Shown: positions 19,293-29,418, numbered from the stretch's first letter. The stretch: 64,000 nucleotides of DNA from Candidatus Poribacteria bacterium (GCA_965205015.1 OZ242029.1:1024001-1088000); one strand, 5' to 3'. Translations and numbers: made by a program. Notes: generated by a model not told the origin, from the letters alone.

Positions 19293-20045
19293 TTAGGTTC
19301 TGACAAACTGAGAATACACATCTCGGACCGTTTTAAAGCCAGGGAGCATATAGTCCGGACGTGCTTGCAATTCGAGCGGTGGATGGTTTTCTCCCAAAAC
19401 AGCCGAAGCCGTCGTTTCTGTATAGAATCCGCCATGGGTTAACTTTGCCAATTCTTTCACTTCAACAGCCTGGCCCGTCCCAACATCATAGGTGCCGATA
19501 ATATTTAAATTTTCAACATAGCGAACGGCACGAACCACATCCTCTACGTGGATATAGTCTCGGCGAAAGGGATAGAATACATAGCGAAGCGTCCGCTGCA
19601 TGAGTTTTTCAGGTACAGAATGGTTTTCAGGTGGACGATTGTCCTCAGCCCCATACACATTGTAGAGTCTTAAAATACAATACTTTTCATTGTTTACGCG
19701 GATGTAGTCCTCAGCGACCCGCTTGGACCATCCATAGTAGGATTTTGGAGAGATCGCTGTGCAAGAGGAAATAAAAATAAGAAAGGCGTTTTCGTGACGC
19801 GCCAGATCAGCAATTTGCTTTGTCGCTTCATAATTCCATTTAAAGATGTCAGGATCTTGATAGAGTGAATTGGCTATTGCACCGCAATGAATAATGGTTG
19901 TCGCTTGTTCTATTGAATCGCGTATTTCGGCAAATAATGTCTCCCATCGCTGAAAACATTGATTTTCATCAAGGGTTTTTGCCGAAGGGTACGCTTGGTG
20001 CAAGTGCCCACCAATATAACCTCTGTTCCCTGTTAGGAAAACCAT
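19293..20045 (-). CDS. Short NAD-dependent epimerase/dehydratase (SDR)
   Basis: LTGNRGYIG; HCGA; YGWSK; LRLYNVYG; RRDYIHVEDV; DVGTG. Confidence 0.85.
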   Translation of the reverse strand: MVFLTGNRGYIGGHLHQAYPSAKTLDENQCFQRWETLFAEIRDSIEQATTIIHCGAIANSLYQDPDIFKWNYEATKQIADLARHENAFLIFISSCTAISPKSYYGWSKRVAEDYIRVNNEKYCILRLYNVYGAEDNRPPENHSVPEKLMQRTLRYVFYPFRRDYIHVEDVVRAVRYVENLNIIGTYDVGTGQAVEVKELAKLTHGGFYTETTASAVLGENHPPLELQARPDYMLPGFKTVRDVYSQFVRT

Positions 20046-20152
20046 CTAAATCACCTCCCTACACAAAATAGGTATAATCTTTGCCTAAAACAGTGATGCG
20101 GGCGTGAAAACCTTCAGAAACTGTGGAAAAAACCCGCATGCAAGATGCCAAT

Positions 20153-20181
20153 ATTGTAACACACTGAACGAAAAATGTCAA
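20153..20181 (-). promoter_or_regulatory. Sigma70-type promoter heading the glycan/sulfatase gene run
   Basis: Minus strand TTGACA-17 bp-TACAAT, about 110 bp upstream of ATG 20045. Confidence 0.7.
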
Positions 20182-20274
20182 ATCTCAAATTACCTTGGAA
20201 TCCCCCTCAAGCCCACCAATATTCAGCAGATCAAGCCCTCTGCATTGCACCTATTTTAATCGCGGTAGGTAATC

Positions 20275-21156
20275 TTAAGTCAATAAAGCACTGACCCAAC
20301 TATTAAGCCGTTGCGGGATTGTTGTGAGCTGCGCGCGGAAAAGCGTCAAGTCAGCATCATCGGCAATCGGAACGGTTTTCAGCCGATAGGGGGCAGTCTT
20401 CTGCGTATTCCAACCTATATCCGTCGTACGCGCCGATCGGAACCCGGCTGTTTTCACGATCTCAATTTCGCGTTCGGTATAATCACCGTTCGGATAACTG
20501 AAATGGGAGCATTCAATCTCTAAAAGCTTCTCTAAATCCAGCTTGCTGCCAAGAATTTCTTGCCTACATTCCGTCTCTGTACAGTGTGTTAAAATCGGAT
20601 GGAACTGCGTATGCGGTTGAAAGTCAACGTCCGCTACCATCTTCTTCATTTCGGTGATATTCAGTGCCTGCCTGTCTGGATACCTCTTTTCTGGTTCAAA
20701 GTCAGTCGTATGCTTGAGGGACGCTAACCGCTCACCATTCGGCAGCCTTTTCAGTTTTTCTCTCTCCGCTTTGGACTGCCCTTCTATTTTGAACCAGAAA
20801 TGCCGATGCGTATCAACAATCTGTGTGCAAACAAAGAGTGTCGGACAAATACGGTACTGTGTGAAAAGGGGCAAGAGTTCGATATTACCGACGTGTCCAT
20901 CGTCGATGGTAATTACAACACTCTTTGCGGGTATCTGTGAGAAATCCTCCTGATAAATAGCAGCGACCAAGGTATCAAGTGAGATAACCGTATAATGGTG
21001 CGAGAGATAAGCAAGATGTTTAGCGAAAACAGCCGATTTCGCATCGTGATACATGAGGATAGCGACCCGGTTGCGGCAGAAGCACTCCCGAACGAGGATA
21101 TGTACGCCTAATAAACAGATGAGGGTTGCCACCATATTTTTAAGAAAATCACGCAT
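20275..21156 (-). CDS. Polysaccharide deacetylase (NodB/CE4, IcaB-like)
   Basis: ILMYH; VITIDDG; HTQFHP.L; FSYPNG; A.TT..G.N. Confidence 0.9.
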   Translation of the reverse strand: MRDFLKNMVATLICLLGVHILVRECFCRNRVAILMYHDAKSAVFAKHLAYLSHHYTVISLDTLVAAIYQEDFSQIPAKSVVITIDDGHVGNIELLPLFTQYRICPTLFVCTQIVDTHRHFWFKIEGQSKAEREKLKRLPNGERLASLKHTTDFEPEKRYPDRQALNITEMKKMVADVDFQPHTQFHPILTHCTETECRQEILGSKLDLEKLLEIECSHFSYPNGDYTEREIEIVKTAGFRSARTTDIGWNTQKTAPYRLKTVPIADDADLTLFRAQLTTIPQRLNSWVSALLT

Positions 21157-21180
21157 CTTTCTACTGAAAACTATTCCCTA

Positions 21181-22098
21181 TTATTTTGCCAACCCAGTGA
21201 GGAGCACCGGATATGGAAAGCCTGCATCGACGATCCGTGTATTCGCGAAGGGTTTATAATGCACTATGCCTATCTGTTTAGTCGTCAGTACTGGATCAGT
21301 GCCATCGACAATAACACGCTCTATTTTAGTCGCATCTGAGTGTCCCCACCAATTGTTGGTCACCACTAAGTCAAATTTCACATTTAAACGGAGTGCAAAA
21401 ATATTTGTGTTCAGGTTGTTATTTTGAATAATAGATTGGACATTCTCACAGAAGATCCCCGTCTCATTTTTGGTGATAGTGTTGCTCTCAATCTTTGGAC
21501 GCGTTTGGCGACCGATCGTACTGATTCCTATGTGGTTGTCAAGAATGTCGTTGTGTTGAAGGCGAGCGTCACTCCCATCTAAAGCGATAGCAGTTTTGTT
21601 TAAACGAAGGATGCATTCTGCAATAGTTGGGGATGTCGTTTTGATATCAAGAGCAATCGTGGTATGCTCTATAACCGCCCCTCTGACAAAACTCTCTAAA
21701 TCGTGTGTATGGTCAAAGAGGATTCCGTTCCAATCACTGGGGGCAGGTTCGACAGTGTCGGATGTGAGATGCACGAGTCGAGTCACCTCATCTTGATCTA
21801 AAGGTGTTCCGATCTTTAGAATACCCTTCACTGTGAGAAGCGCATTCTGTCCAAATTTAACAGTCGTGCCGGGTGGTATGTTGAGGGTTATATTCTGTGG
21901 CACCTCCAATGTCCCCTGTACAATATACGTTTTCTCGGGGTCCCACGTTTCATTCTCAGTAAGTCGATGGTCTTCAAGAACAATTTCGGAGTTCTCTTCA
22001 GGAACTACGGGATTAGATGGCTCTTGGGGCGTACAACCGAGACTGACTGCCAAACCGAAGCAGAAGATTAACAGACAGTGTATGAATCGAATTTTCAT
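21181..22098 (-). CDS. Lipoprotein with right-handed parallel beta-helix repeats
   Basis: MKIRF...LAVSLGC lipobox from ATG 22098; L.IPPGTTVKF, DWNGI.F, repeated I..N.I..N..GI, NNWWG. Confidence 0.75.
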   Translation of the reverse strand: MKIRFIHCLLIFCFGLAVSLGCTPQEPSNPVVPEENSEIVLEDHRLTENETWDPEKTYIVQGTLEVPQNITLNIPPGTTVKFGQNALLTVKGILKIGTPLDQDEVTRLVHLTSDTVEPAPSDWNGILFDHTHDLESFVRGAVIEHTTIALDIKTTSPTIAECILRLNKTAIALDGSDARLQHNDILDNHIGISTIGRQTRPKIESNTITKNETGIFCENVQSIIQNNNLNTNIFALRLNVKFDLVVTNNWWGHSDATKIERVIVDGTDPVLTTKQIGIVHYKPFANTRIVDAGFPYPVLLTGLAK

Positions 22099-22232
22099 TT
22101 TCGTATGGGCTTTTCCAGTTATGTCAGTACGACGCGAATCGTATAAAAGTTGCGATTTGTAGGGTTTGTTGCAGTTTACGGAAATTTTCATCAAAAAATT
22201 TGGATGTGAAGGTTAACCTTAGTGACAACGCC

Positions 22233-24800
22233 TCAGAGTCTTGGATCAACAGCCTCACTTTCGAGTGCCAAAATCCCGAAAACGCATTCGTGAACACGAG
22301 ACAAAGGTTCGCGATGAACGAAACGCTCAAGTGCCTCAACACCTAACGCAAATTCTCGCAGTGCGAGGGAACGTTTGTGAGAGAGTCCACGGGAACGGAG
22401 ACGTTCTAAGTTGCGAGGCAAGGTATATTCAGGTCCATAGATGATCCGCAAGTATTCACGTCCTCGGCACTTTACAGCGGGTTGGACTAATCCGCGCGTG
22501 CCTTGAACGATAAAATCCAAAGGCTTGATGACTGTGCCTTCACCGCCTTGTCCGGTGAGTTCTTTCCACTGCTGGATCGCCTCAGTTTGGCTTGTGTCGT
22601 CAGTTAGGTCAACCCTTCCGTAGGGCGTCGCGAAGAGCAGGTCGTTTTCAGAGCTTTGACAAAGTTTGGTAAGAATTTCCATGTGCCACAGATGGTCTCT
22701 GTCAAAATAGACTGTACCTTCCGTGGCAAGCAGGTGGAATGGGGCGAGTTTCAGATCTGTAATAGATTGGACATGCCAACAGTATTGCTGGTAAGCGTTG
22801 ACGTATTCGGTCACAGCCTCCGTGCGTTGACGATAGTCATCCAATATATGACTCACGTCAATACCTCTCTCGGCAGCAGTTTCTAAGGAGACGACCGCTT
22901 CTTTCAAAGCGATACGAGCTGATACACCTACCGGGGCATACTGCTGTCGTAATAGCTCCTGAGCCTTAACCGACCAAGGCATTAACTCACAGTCAAGACA
23001 GATCCAATCCGTGTTAAAGGTCTCCCAATAATTGACCGTGTCTATTGCCGTTTTCACCTGTCTCAATAGTTCGGTTTCAATCCTGATATCCTCAAAGAAA
23101 CGTCTGCCGGTTCGTGTGTAACAGATACCAAGGGTGTCGTCCGTAACACCAAATCGCTTTTTTGCGGTTTCTGGATCTCGACAAACGATAACGATAGCGC
23201 GTGATCCCATGTGTTTTTCCTGCCAGACGACATGGGATACACCCTGTTTCCGATAATAAGCGAAACCTTCCACTGGGTGTTCAAGTAAGCCGGGGCTGCT
23301 TGTCGTTTCGGTTGGGGACATTGTCGGTGGAAGGTATATAAGCCACTTCGGGTTTACAGCGAAACGACTCATCACCTCCAGCGCGGTTATTGCATTCTCT
23401 TCACGGATTGTTACATTGTGATGTAAACGTGTGTGGATAACGCGCCTTCCTAATACATCATTGATGTTCAGGATATCACTGGACGGCTGCGTTTTAATAG
23501 TACGGGATCGGGAATCGGAGCGCCCTCTTACAGGAATTGGTTTCGTCGGTTCATAATAGGTCTGGTGTGCGGGGACAGACACAAGTTCTTTTTCAGGGTA
23601 TCGTAACGCTGTGAGCGTGCCACCGAAAACACATCCTGTATCAATGTTGATTGTTCGGTTCATCCATTGCGGTTCGGCAACCGGTGTGTGTCCATAGACC
23701 ACCATCGCATCACCGCGATATTCATCAGCCCAATTGCTCCGAATTGGTAAGCCGAACTCATCAGTTTCTCCGGTGGTTTCTCCATAGAGTGCGAATTCTC
23801 GTACGCGCCCTGAGGCTCTGCCTTGTAATTCCGCCTTCATTCCCGCATGCGCAACGACTAACTTCCCGTTGTCAAGTACATAGTGGCTCACCAAACCATC
23901 TATGAATTCTGCGATCTGTGTCTTGAATTCGGTCGATTCCTTCTCCAACTGTGAGAGAGTTTCCGCGAGTCCGTGTGTCGGATTCACTTTTCTACCGTGA
24001 AGCGCACGTACCAGTTTTATGTCGTGATTCCCCGGCACGCAGATAGCTGCATCCGCCTTCTGCATCCGCATAACGAGACGTAACACCTCGGAGACTTTTG
24101 GACCCCGGTCAACAAAATCGCCGACAAAAATCGCTTTTCTGCCCTCCGGCGGCTTAACGATGGTTTCCCCATCCGGCTGCGTTGAAATTTCGTAACCGAG
24201 TTCTTTGAGCAGCTCAACAAGTTCATCAAAACAACCGTGAATATCTCCAATGATGTCAAACGGTCCCTGCTCGTTTGTGCGGTTCGTCCACAATGGCTGC
24301 CGTTCTATACGGGTAGCTTCAACAACTTCGGGTGTAGACATTACATAGACGAAATTCCGAAAGCCTTCACGTTTGAGATTGCGTAGTGATCGACGAAGTT
24401 GTTGGCTCTGCTGACGAATAACGTGGGGTTTTAAATTTCGGTCAGGACGCGCCTCGTTTCTTTCTTGACAGAGTTTTGGGGGCATGTTAAACACAAGGGC
24501 AACGGTCAAGTAGTGGTATTCACGCGCCAGCGTCAACAAAGGCTTTCGTGCCTCAACCTGGACGTTTGTTGCGTCAATGACTGTCAATTTCCCAGCAGCA
24601 AGCCGTTTCGCTGCGATGAAACGCAGCACCTCAAAAGCATCAGCCGTTGCCGCCTGGTCGGTTTCATCGTCTGAAACAAGTCCTCTACAAAAATCCGACG
24701 AGAGAATCTCGGTCGGCTTAAAATGCTTACGGGCAAAGGTGGACTTACCTGAACCCGAAGGTCCAATGAGGAGTACGAGTGAAGGTTCAGGGATTTTCAT
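22233..24800 (-). CDS. pnkp: Bacterial polynucleotide kinase-phosphatase-ligase Pnkp
   Basis: Kinase GPSGSGKST and DATN; metallophosphoesterase GDIHGC, GDFVDRG, GNHD, GHTP, DTGC; ligase EKHMGSR, GEG, KCRGREYLRIIYG; ends DPRL. Confidence 0.97.
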   Translation of the reverse strand: MKIPEPSLVLLIGPSGSGKSTFARKHFKPTEILSSDFCRGLVSDDETDQAATADAFEVLRFIAAKRLAAGKLTVIDATNVQVEARKPLLTLAREYHYLTVALVFNMPPKLCQERNEARPDRNLKPHVIRQQSQQLRRSLRNLKREGFRNFVYVMSTPEVVEATRIERQPLWTNRTNEQGPFDIIGDIHGCFDELVELLKELGYEISTQPDGETIVKPPEGRKAIFVGDFVDRGPKVSEVLRLVMRMQKADAAICVPGNHDIKLVRALHGRKVNPTHGLAETLSQLEKESTEFKTQIAEFIDGLVSHYVLDNGKLVVAHAGMKAELQGRASGRVREFALYGETTGETDEFGLPIRSNWADEYRGDAMVVYGHTPVAEPQWMNRTINIDTGCVFGGTLTALRYPEKELVSVPAHQTYYEPTKPIPVRGRSDSRSRTIKTQPSSDILNINDVLGRRVIHTRLHHNVTIREENAITALEVMSRFAVNPKWLIYLPPTMSPTETTSSPGLLEHPVEGFAYYRKQGVSHVVWQEKHMGSRAIVIVCRDPETAKKRFGVTDDTLGICYTRTGRRFFEDIRIETELLRQVKTAIDTVNYWETFNTDWICLDCELMPWSVKAQELLRQQYAPVGVSARIALKEAVVSLETAAERGIDVSHILDDYRQRTEAVTEYVNAYQQYCWHVQSITDLKLAPFHLLATEGTVYFDRDHLWHMEILTKLCQSSENDLLFATPYGRVDLTDDTSQTEAIQQWKELTGQGGEGTVIKPLDFIVQGTRGLVQPAVKCRGREYLRIIYGPEYTLPRNLERLRSRGLSHKRSLALREFALGVEALERFVHREPLSRVHECVFGILALESEAVDPRL

Positions 24801-24857
24801 TTTTTGATTTTTCCTTGCGGTTCAGTCTACGTTGTTTCTCTTGAGTCGCCTTCTACT

Positions 24858-26261
24858 CTATTCATCAATTCCTCGGGTAAAGACCGCCATTTGCGTCGGC
24901 GGACCGACCTCTTCAGCTTCTGGTCCGATCGGGTGAAATACGACGGCGTAACCGAAACGTTTAGCGACCCCTACTGCCCAAGATTGAAACTCGTTCCGTG
25001 TCCACTCAAAACGGTGGTCCCTATGTCGAAAGGATCCAGCTTGTAGGTTCTCAAACTTCACGTTGTATTCTATATTAGGTGTGGTCAATACAACAGTCCG
25101 AGGACAAGCGAACTCGAAAATTACCCGCTCAAAAACCGCAAGTCGCGGCGGATCTAAGTGTTCGATTACCTCTATAACCGCAGCTGCATCGTATCCAGCC
25201 AAACGTTCATCTCGGTAGCCCAAGGACCCTTGGAACAAGCGGAGCCGTTTTTTCTGCTTCTCCGGCAACCCGTCGTAATCAAGCCGTTCCCGCGCGATTT
25301 TTAGGATGCGATGTGAAACGTCCATCCCGACGATTTCTTCAAACTGTTTTTCAGCCAACAACTTACGGAGAAGTTTTCCTTCACCACACCCCAAATCGAG
25401 AATGCGTCTTGCGCCACACTGTTTGAGGACTTCAGTGACGCTATGTAAACGAACTTCGTTCAGACGGATACGTTCTTCGACCTGTTCTTCTTGTGCTTGA
25501 CCGGATTCGTCAGTCTCTTGAGCGTCTTCTTCACGCAATTGTGCCAGGGCTTCACGCGTGAGTTGCCGTTGGTGTTTCAAGTAACGACGGACAATAGATT
25601 CCTGTTCCGGATGCGCAGCGAGCCAATCGTTACCATGCTTTAAGAGTTTTTCGATCTCCGCATCGCCAACCCAGTAGTGCTTCTCATCGTCAAGTACAGG
25701 CATCAAAACGTAAAGGTGGGTGAGGAGGTCGCTTAAGCGACAAGTATTTTCGAGCGCCACCGAAAAATAACGACTCTGTCCCCAATCGGGAAACTGGGGA
25801 TTTAGCACATGTTGTTTCGCCTCTACCGTATAACCGAGCGGCTCGAAAAGTCGCCGCAATAATTCCTCTCCGCCACGACAGGGTAGGACGGATAATTTCG
25901 CATTCAAAGGGATCTCTGTTTCCGCGAGTTGTGAACGTTCTTTGCACTTACCAGACAACGCACTTCCAAATACCCGAGCGATTGCAACACTCAAAAACGA
26001 CGAGGCGACGTACGGACGATCACTGACGTACTGCGCCAGCGCGAAATTTTCTGCAGATTGTCCGTGAGGACGGCGGACAAGTCCAACCGAATCCACATCA
26101 AGAAGTAGTGCTGCTGTACATTTCTCAACGCACGCCTCTGGATAAAAGACGTGTGCTTGACCAAAGGTAAGCGTAAAGGATTGAATTCGCGCGGGGTGTT
26201 TATGCAGCAGATAACCGAGATCTGTTGCTGGAGAATATGGAGTCGATATTGTCAATAGCAT
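24858..26261 (-). CDS. hen1: 3'-terminal RNA ribose 2'-O-methyltransferase Hen1
   Basis: MLLTI...ATDLGYLLHKHP N-domain; KHYWV; LDLGCGEG; EVIEH; TTPN.EYN; FRH.DHRFEWTR; directly upstream of pnkp. Confidence 0.97.
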   Translation of the reverse strand: MLLTISTPYSPATDLGYLLHKHPARIQSFTLTFGQAHVFYPEACVEKCTAALLLDVDSVGLVRRPHGQSAENFALAQYVSDRPYVASSFLSVAIARVFGSALSGKCKERSQLAETEIPLNAKLSVLPCRGGEELLRRLFEPLGYTVEAKQHVLNPQFPDWGQSRYFSVALENTCRLSDLLTHLYVLMPVLDDEKHYWVGDAEIEKLLKHGNDWLAAHPEQESIVRRYLKHQRQLTREALAQLREEDAQETDESGQAQEEQVEERIRLNEVRLHSVTEVLKQCGARRILDLGCGEGKLLRKLLAEKQFEEIVGMDVSHRILKIARERLDYDGLPEKQKKRLRLFQGSLGYRDERLAGYDAAAVIEVIEHLDPPRLAVFERVIFEFACPRTVVLTTPNIEYNVKFENLQAGSFRHRDHRFEWTRNEFQSWAVGVAKRFGYAVVFHPIGPEAEEVGPPTQMAVFTRGIDE

Positions 26262-26365
26262 AACAATGTATCAAGACATACAGTAAATCGAAAGAAGAAT
26301 ATTGCGGTAATCTATAATAATCTGGAGTCCTCGTCAGTTAAAAATTCTAAGTCTGCATACGTCAT

Positions 26366-26394
26366 ATTATACCTTCTTTTCTGTATCTCGTCAA
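26366..26394 (-). promoter_or_regulatory. Sigma70-type promoter of hen1-pnkp
   Basis: Minus strand TTGACG-17 bp-TATAAT. Confidence 0.75.
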
Positions 26395-26574
26395 GTCTTT
26401 TGCAGCACCTTCCAGAGACGTTCGGTCCTCAGTTGTCAGCTATTGGCAGTCAGTCAGTTGAGATGCATGACATTTGTTTTAAACTTAAAAATGCAGTATA
26501 ATAGAACGAACACTCTTACCTGACATCTTGTACCATCAAATAGAATCGGTGCCACGCTCGGAGGATATTGCAAA

Positions 26575-28047
26575 ATGGCGGATTTTGATTCTCACGCATA
26601 CACACCGGTATACCCGGGTCCGAACGATGATCTGCTTGAGGCGCAAGCGCGAGTTTGCACGGGACCTCACCAGACGCGCCCGTTGGGTATCAACCCTTCG
26701 GATTTTCCGCAACCGGAGCCACTTCTTGAAACGCTTCTGAAGTCCCTAAAGGGTGAACTTCCGGAATCAGCAGCAGCTTCAGAGGCACAGATGGGTGCGT
26801 TCTTTGCGGCGATGACGCTCCGCGCCTATTTCCCAAAAGCAACACAGTGGAGTCCGGCAGAGCAGACAGCGTTCCGTAAATACCGTTCAGCACTTACAGA
26901 ACAATTGCCCCCGGAAATTAAATACCTCATGAACCCTGAGCAGGGTTACGTAGCCGCGAACCCGACAGAGGCAATCGTCGTGAAGGCGTTAGAAAAGATT
27001 CTACGGGCAAAACATTTAAGTTATATCGAAACCCGTGAGATGTGTAAAGCCATCCTTGGCGACGATGTGAAACCTGCCTTCAAAGGGGCTGCACTCATCG
27101 GACAGCGGATGAACCGCGAGACCTACCAGGAGGTGCGAGGGTATCTTGACGCGTTTTTCGGACCCGAAGCGGTCCAACCGATCAATGTTGCAACGTTAAC
27201 GCATTTTGGGCAGCCTTACGACGGCGCAACGCGTTATTTTCGTCCGACCCTATTCGTCGCGGCGGTGCGTGCCGCACTCGGCGAAGCATCACTTCTCCAC
27301 AGTGTGGATGCAATGCCACCAAAGAACGGTGTGACAGAGGAAACTATTCTGATAGCACTCGGTGCGAACACGCGACTGTCACTCGCCCAGACGGCTTCAC
27401 TGATTACAGACGCATCGGTGGGTTTCGGATATATCAGTCAACGTGAGTATTGTCCCGCCGCTTATAATTTGCGCGAACTACGGGTGCACATCAAAAAACG
27501 TCCACCTTGGGCAGCGACTGAGAAGGCGCAACAGTTCTTTTCTGCACGAGAAGCGAACTACATGGTGCTCGGCTATTATCATATCGGTTACGAGAAACCA
27601 CTTCTCCAATTGGCGTGGGAGCGCGGGGTTGATGCCGCGGTTGCCGTAAAGGGGGAGGAAGGGACAAGCCATTATGCACTCCGACTGGGGAAGCCTTCCA
27701 CAAGTGATAGAATGGCAATTAACTATTCTCAAGGTTTCCGTCGGGTAAACGATACCCGTGAAGATTTTGCGTTGGATATCGATCCAGAGATTTATGGATT
27801 TGACTATACAAGAAGCCCACGTCCGGAGGTTGTTAGCGCGGAGGCATTTGCAGAAGCCGGCGTGGCGGCATTATCCGGTGAAAAAGGGCATATCTACGAC
27901 AGGATTCTCTTAAACACAGCGATGGTAGATTACCTGTTAGGAATTTGCCCAGACCCTAAAGATGCGCTTGCCCGCGCCCGATCAGTAATGGACGATGGGA
28001 GCGCGTTGAAGCATCTACAGGCATATACAACCGTCAGCAATCAGTAG
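26575..28047 (+). CDS. Anthranilate-phosphoribosyltransferase-like protein (TrpD2/YbiB family)
   Basis: QMGAFFAAM; GQPYDG..R; MPPKNGVT; IKKRPPWAT.EK; VKGEEG. Lacks the TrpD GTGGD motif. Confidence 0.75.
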   Translation: MADFDSHAYTPVYPGPNDDLLEAQARVCTGPHQTRPLGINPSDFPQPEPLLETLLKSLKGELPESAAASEAQMGAFFAAMTLRAYFPKATQWSPAEQTAFRKYRSALTEQLPPEIKYLMNPEQGYVAANPTEAIVVKALEKILRAKHLSYIETREMCKAILGDDVKPAFKGAALIGQRMNRETYQEVRGYLDAFFGPEAVQPINVATLTHFGQPYDGATRYFRPTLFVAAVRAALGEASLLHSVDAMPPKNGVTEETILIALGANTRLSLAQTASLITDASVGFGYISQREYCPAAYNLRELRVHIKKRPPWAATEKAQQFFSAREANYMVLGYYHIGYEKPLLQLAWERGVDAAVAVKGEEGTSHYALRLGKPSTSDRMAINYSQGFRRVNDTREDFALDIDPEIYGFDYTRSPRPEVVSAEAFAEAGVAALSGEKGHIYDRILLNTAMVDYLLGICPDPKDALARARSVMDDGSALKHLQAYTTVSNQ

Positions 28048-28238
28048 TCAGTTGTTTGAATCAGGATCTACAGGATTCAAGGATTTGCAGCAGGATGAGA
28101 GCGGGTCGGTTCTCCGTCAGCAAGAGGGAATGGAAGGTTGGAAGACCAGAAGGGTGGGTCCCCAATCTTCCTCCCTTCCAGCCAATTCCTTCCAACCCAA
28201 CACTGATGATTTTCAATATGCTGAAAGCTGACAGCCGA
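28033..28238. repeat. Composite intergenic repeat: 7-mer, 9-mer and inverted 8-mer units
   Basis: GTCAGCAATCAGTAGTCAG; AGGATCTACAGGATTCAAGGATTT; GGAAGG..GGAAG versus CTTCC..CTTCC; CTGAAAGCTGACAGCCGA. Related units at 59408-59476, 61224-61262 and 62327-62370. Confidence 0.65.
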
Positions 28239-29381
28239 TTAAATGTAACCCGTTGAACCGTCGGGTCGGATGGGGCAGGTGCGTTGCCAATGGATGTATT
28301 CATTATCGGTAATCGCGGATTCGTTGATCTCGACTCCCAAGCCGGGACGGTCTCGCAATTCCAGATACCCATCCTTTGGTAGATAAGGTTCGTCTACCCA
28401 ATCATTCCATTCCGTCTCGGTGGGCAGGAGATACTCAAGGATTTTAAAATTCGGGGTTGCAGCGGCAAAGTGAACATTCACTGCCGTTGCGAGCGGTCCC
28501 ATCGGGTTGTGGGGTGCGATACTGACATAGTGTGCCTCGGCAATCGCAGCAATCTTTCGCATCTCCAACAGTCCCCCACAGACACAAATGTCGGGTTGAA
28601 TGATATCCGCACCTTGTGCTGCGATAAGATCCAGAAACTCAAAGCGTGTATAGAGGGATTCCCCTGTCGCGAGTGGCACTTGCATTTGGGCGCGTAGACG
28701 CGCCCACGCTGGCATGTGTTCGGGTCGGAGGGGTTCTTCATAGAAATAGGGATCGTAGGGCGCGAGGGCGTTTGCGAGTTGGAGTGCGCGAATCGGCTCG
28801 AAAATTTTAGCGTGTGGATCAAAAGCGAACTCCCACTCCGTGGGTGTATTGTCCCGAATTTGTTCAAAATAGGTCGCCGCTGCATCACAGACGCGTCCCC
28901 AGCGATCTGCATCTGGATCGAGTTGGTAAGGACTCGTCTTGAAAGCGGTGAATCCCCAATCTTCATGGAGTTTGCGCGCTTGATCGGCGGCTTCGATGCC
29001 ATCCCTACCGCCGATACCACGATAGATCCGAATGCGGTCTCTGGCGTGTCCACCGAGGAGCATGTACACCGGCAAACCCGCCGCTTTTCCACTGATGTCC
29101 CATAACGCATGATCGACAGCAGAAATGACGGCAAGTCCAGCCCCGCCCGGCGGGAACCGGAACTGCTGATGCAGTTTCATCATTATGTATTCAATTCGTC
29201 TCGGGTCGTCCCCTTGAATCATCTCAAAGATGTAATCAGCAATCGGTTCAACAGAGAGGTCGGGACCTGTGGAGTAGGCTTCACCCCATCCATAGAGCCC
29301 CTCGTCTGTTTCGACTTTGATGAGCCCGCGGGGTCGATTGCCAAATCGCGCCATAAAGGTTTTGATCGCTGTAATTTTCAC
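28239..29381 (-). CDS. Mandelate racemase/galactonate dehydratase-like enolase-superfamily enzyme
   Basis: KVETDEG..GWGE; ALWDI.GKA.G.PVY.LLGG; DPH, EEP, GE metal ligands; APHNP.GP. Confidence 0.92.
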   Translation of the reverse strand: MKITAIKTFMARFGNRPRGLIKVETDEGLYGWGEAYSTGPDLSVEPIADYIFEMIQGDDPRRIEYIMMKLHQQFRFPPGGAGLAVISAVDHALWDISGKAAGLPVYMLLGGHARDRIRIYRGIGGRDGIEAADQARKLHEDWGFTAFKTSPYQLDPDADRWGRVCDAAATYFEQIRDNTPTEWEFAFDPHAKIFEPIRALQLANALAPYDPYFYEEPLRPEHMPAWARLRAQMQVPLATGESLYTRFEFLDLIAAQGADIIQPDICVCGGLLEMRKIAAIAEAHYVSIAPHNPMGPLATAVNVHFAAATPNFKILEYLLPTETEWNDWVDEPYLPKDGYLELRDRPGLGVEINESAITDNEYIHWQRTCPIRPDGSTGYI

Positions 29382-29418
29382 GTTTTTAGCCCTTGCCTCG
29401 GTTACGGCAGACCGGAGC

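Noticed and set aside
20134-20151. Sigma54 promoter (minus strand TGGCATCTTGCATGC)
   Set aside because: GG-N10-GC spacing fits, but the match is weak and it lies immediately downstream of a better sigma70 promoter.
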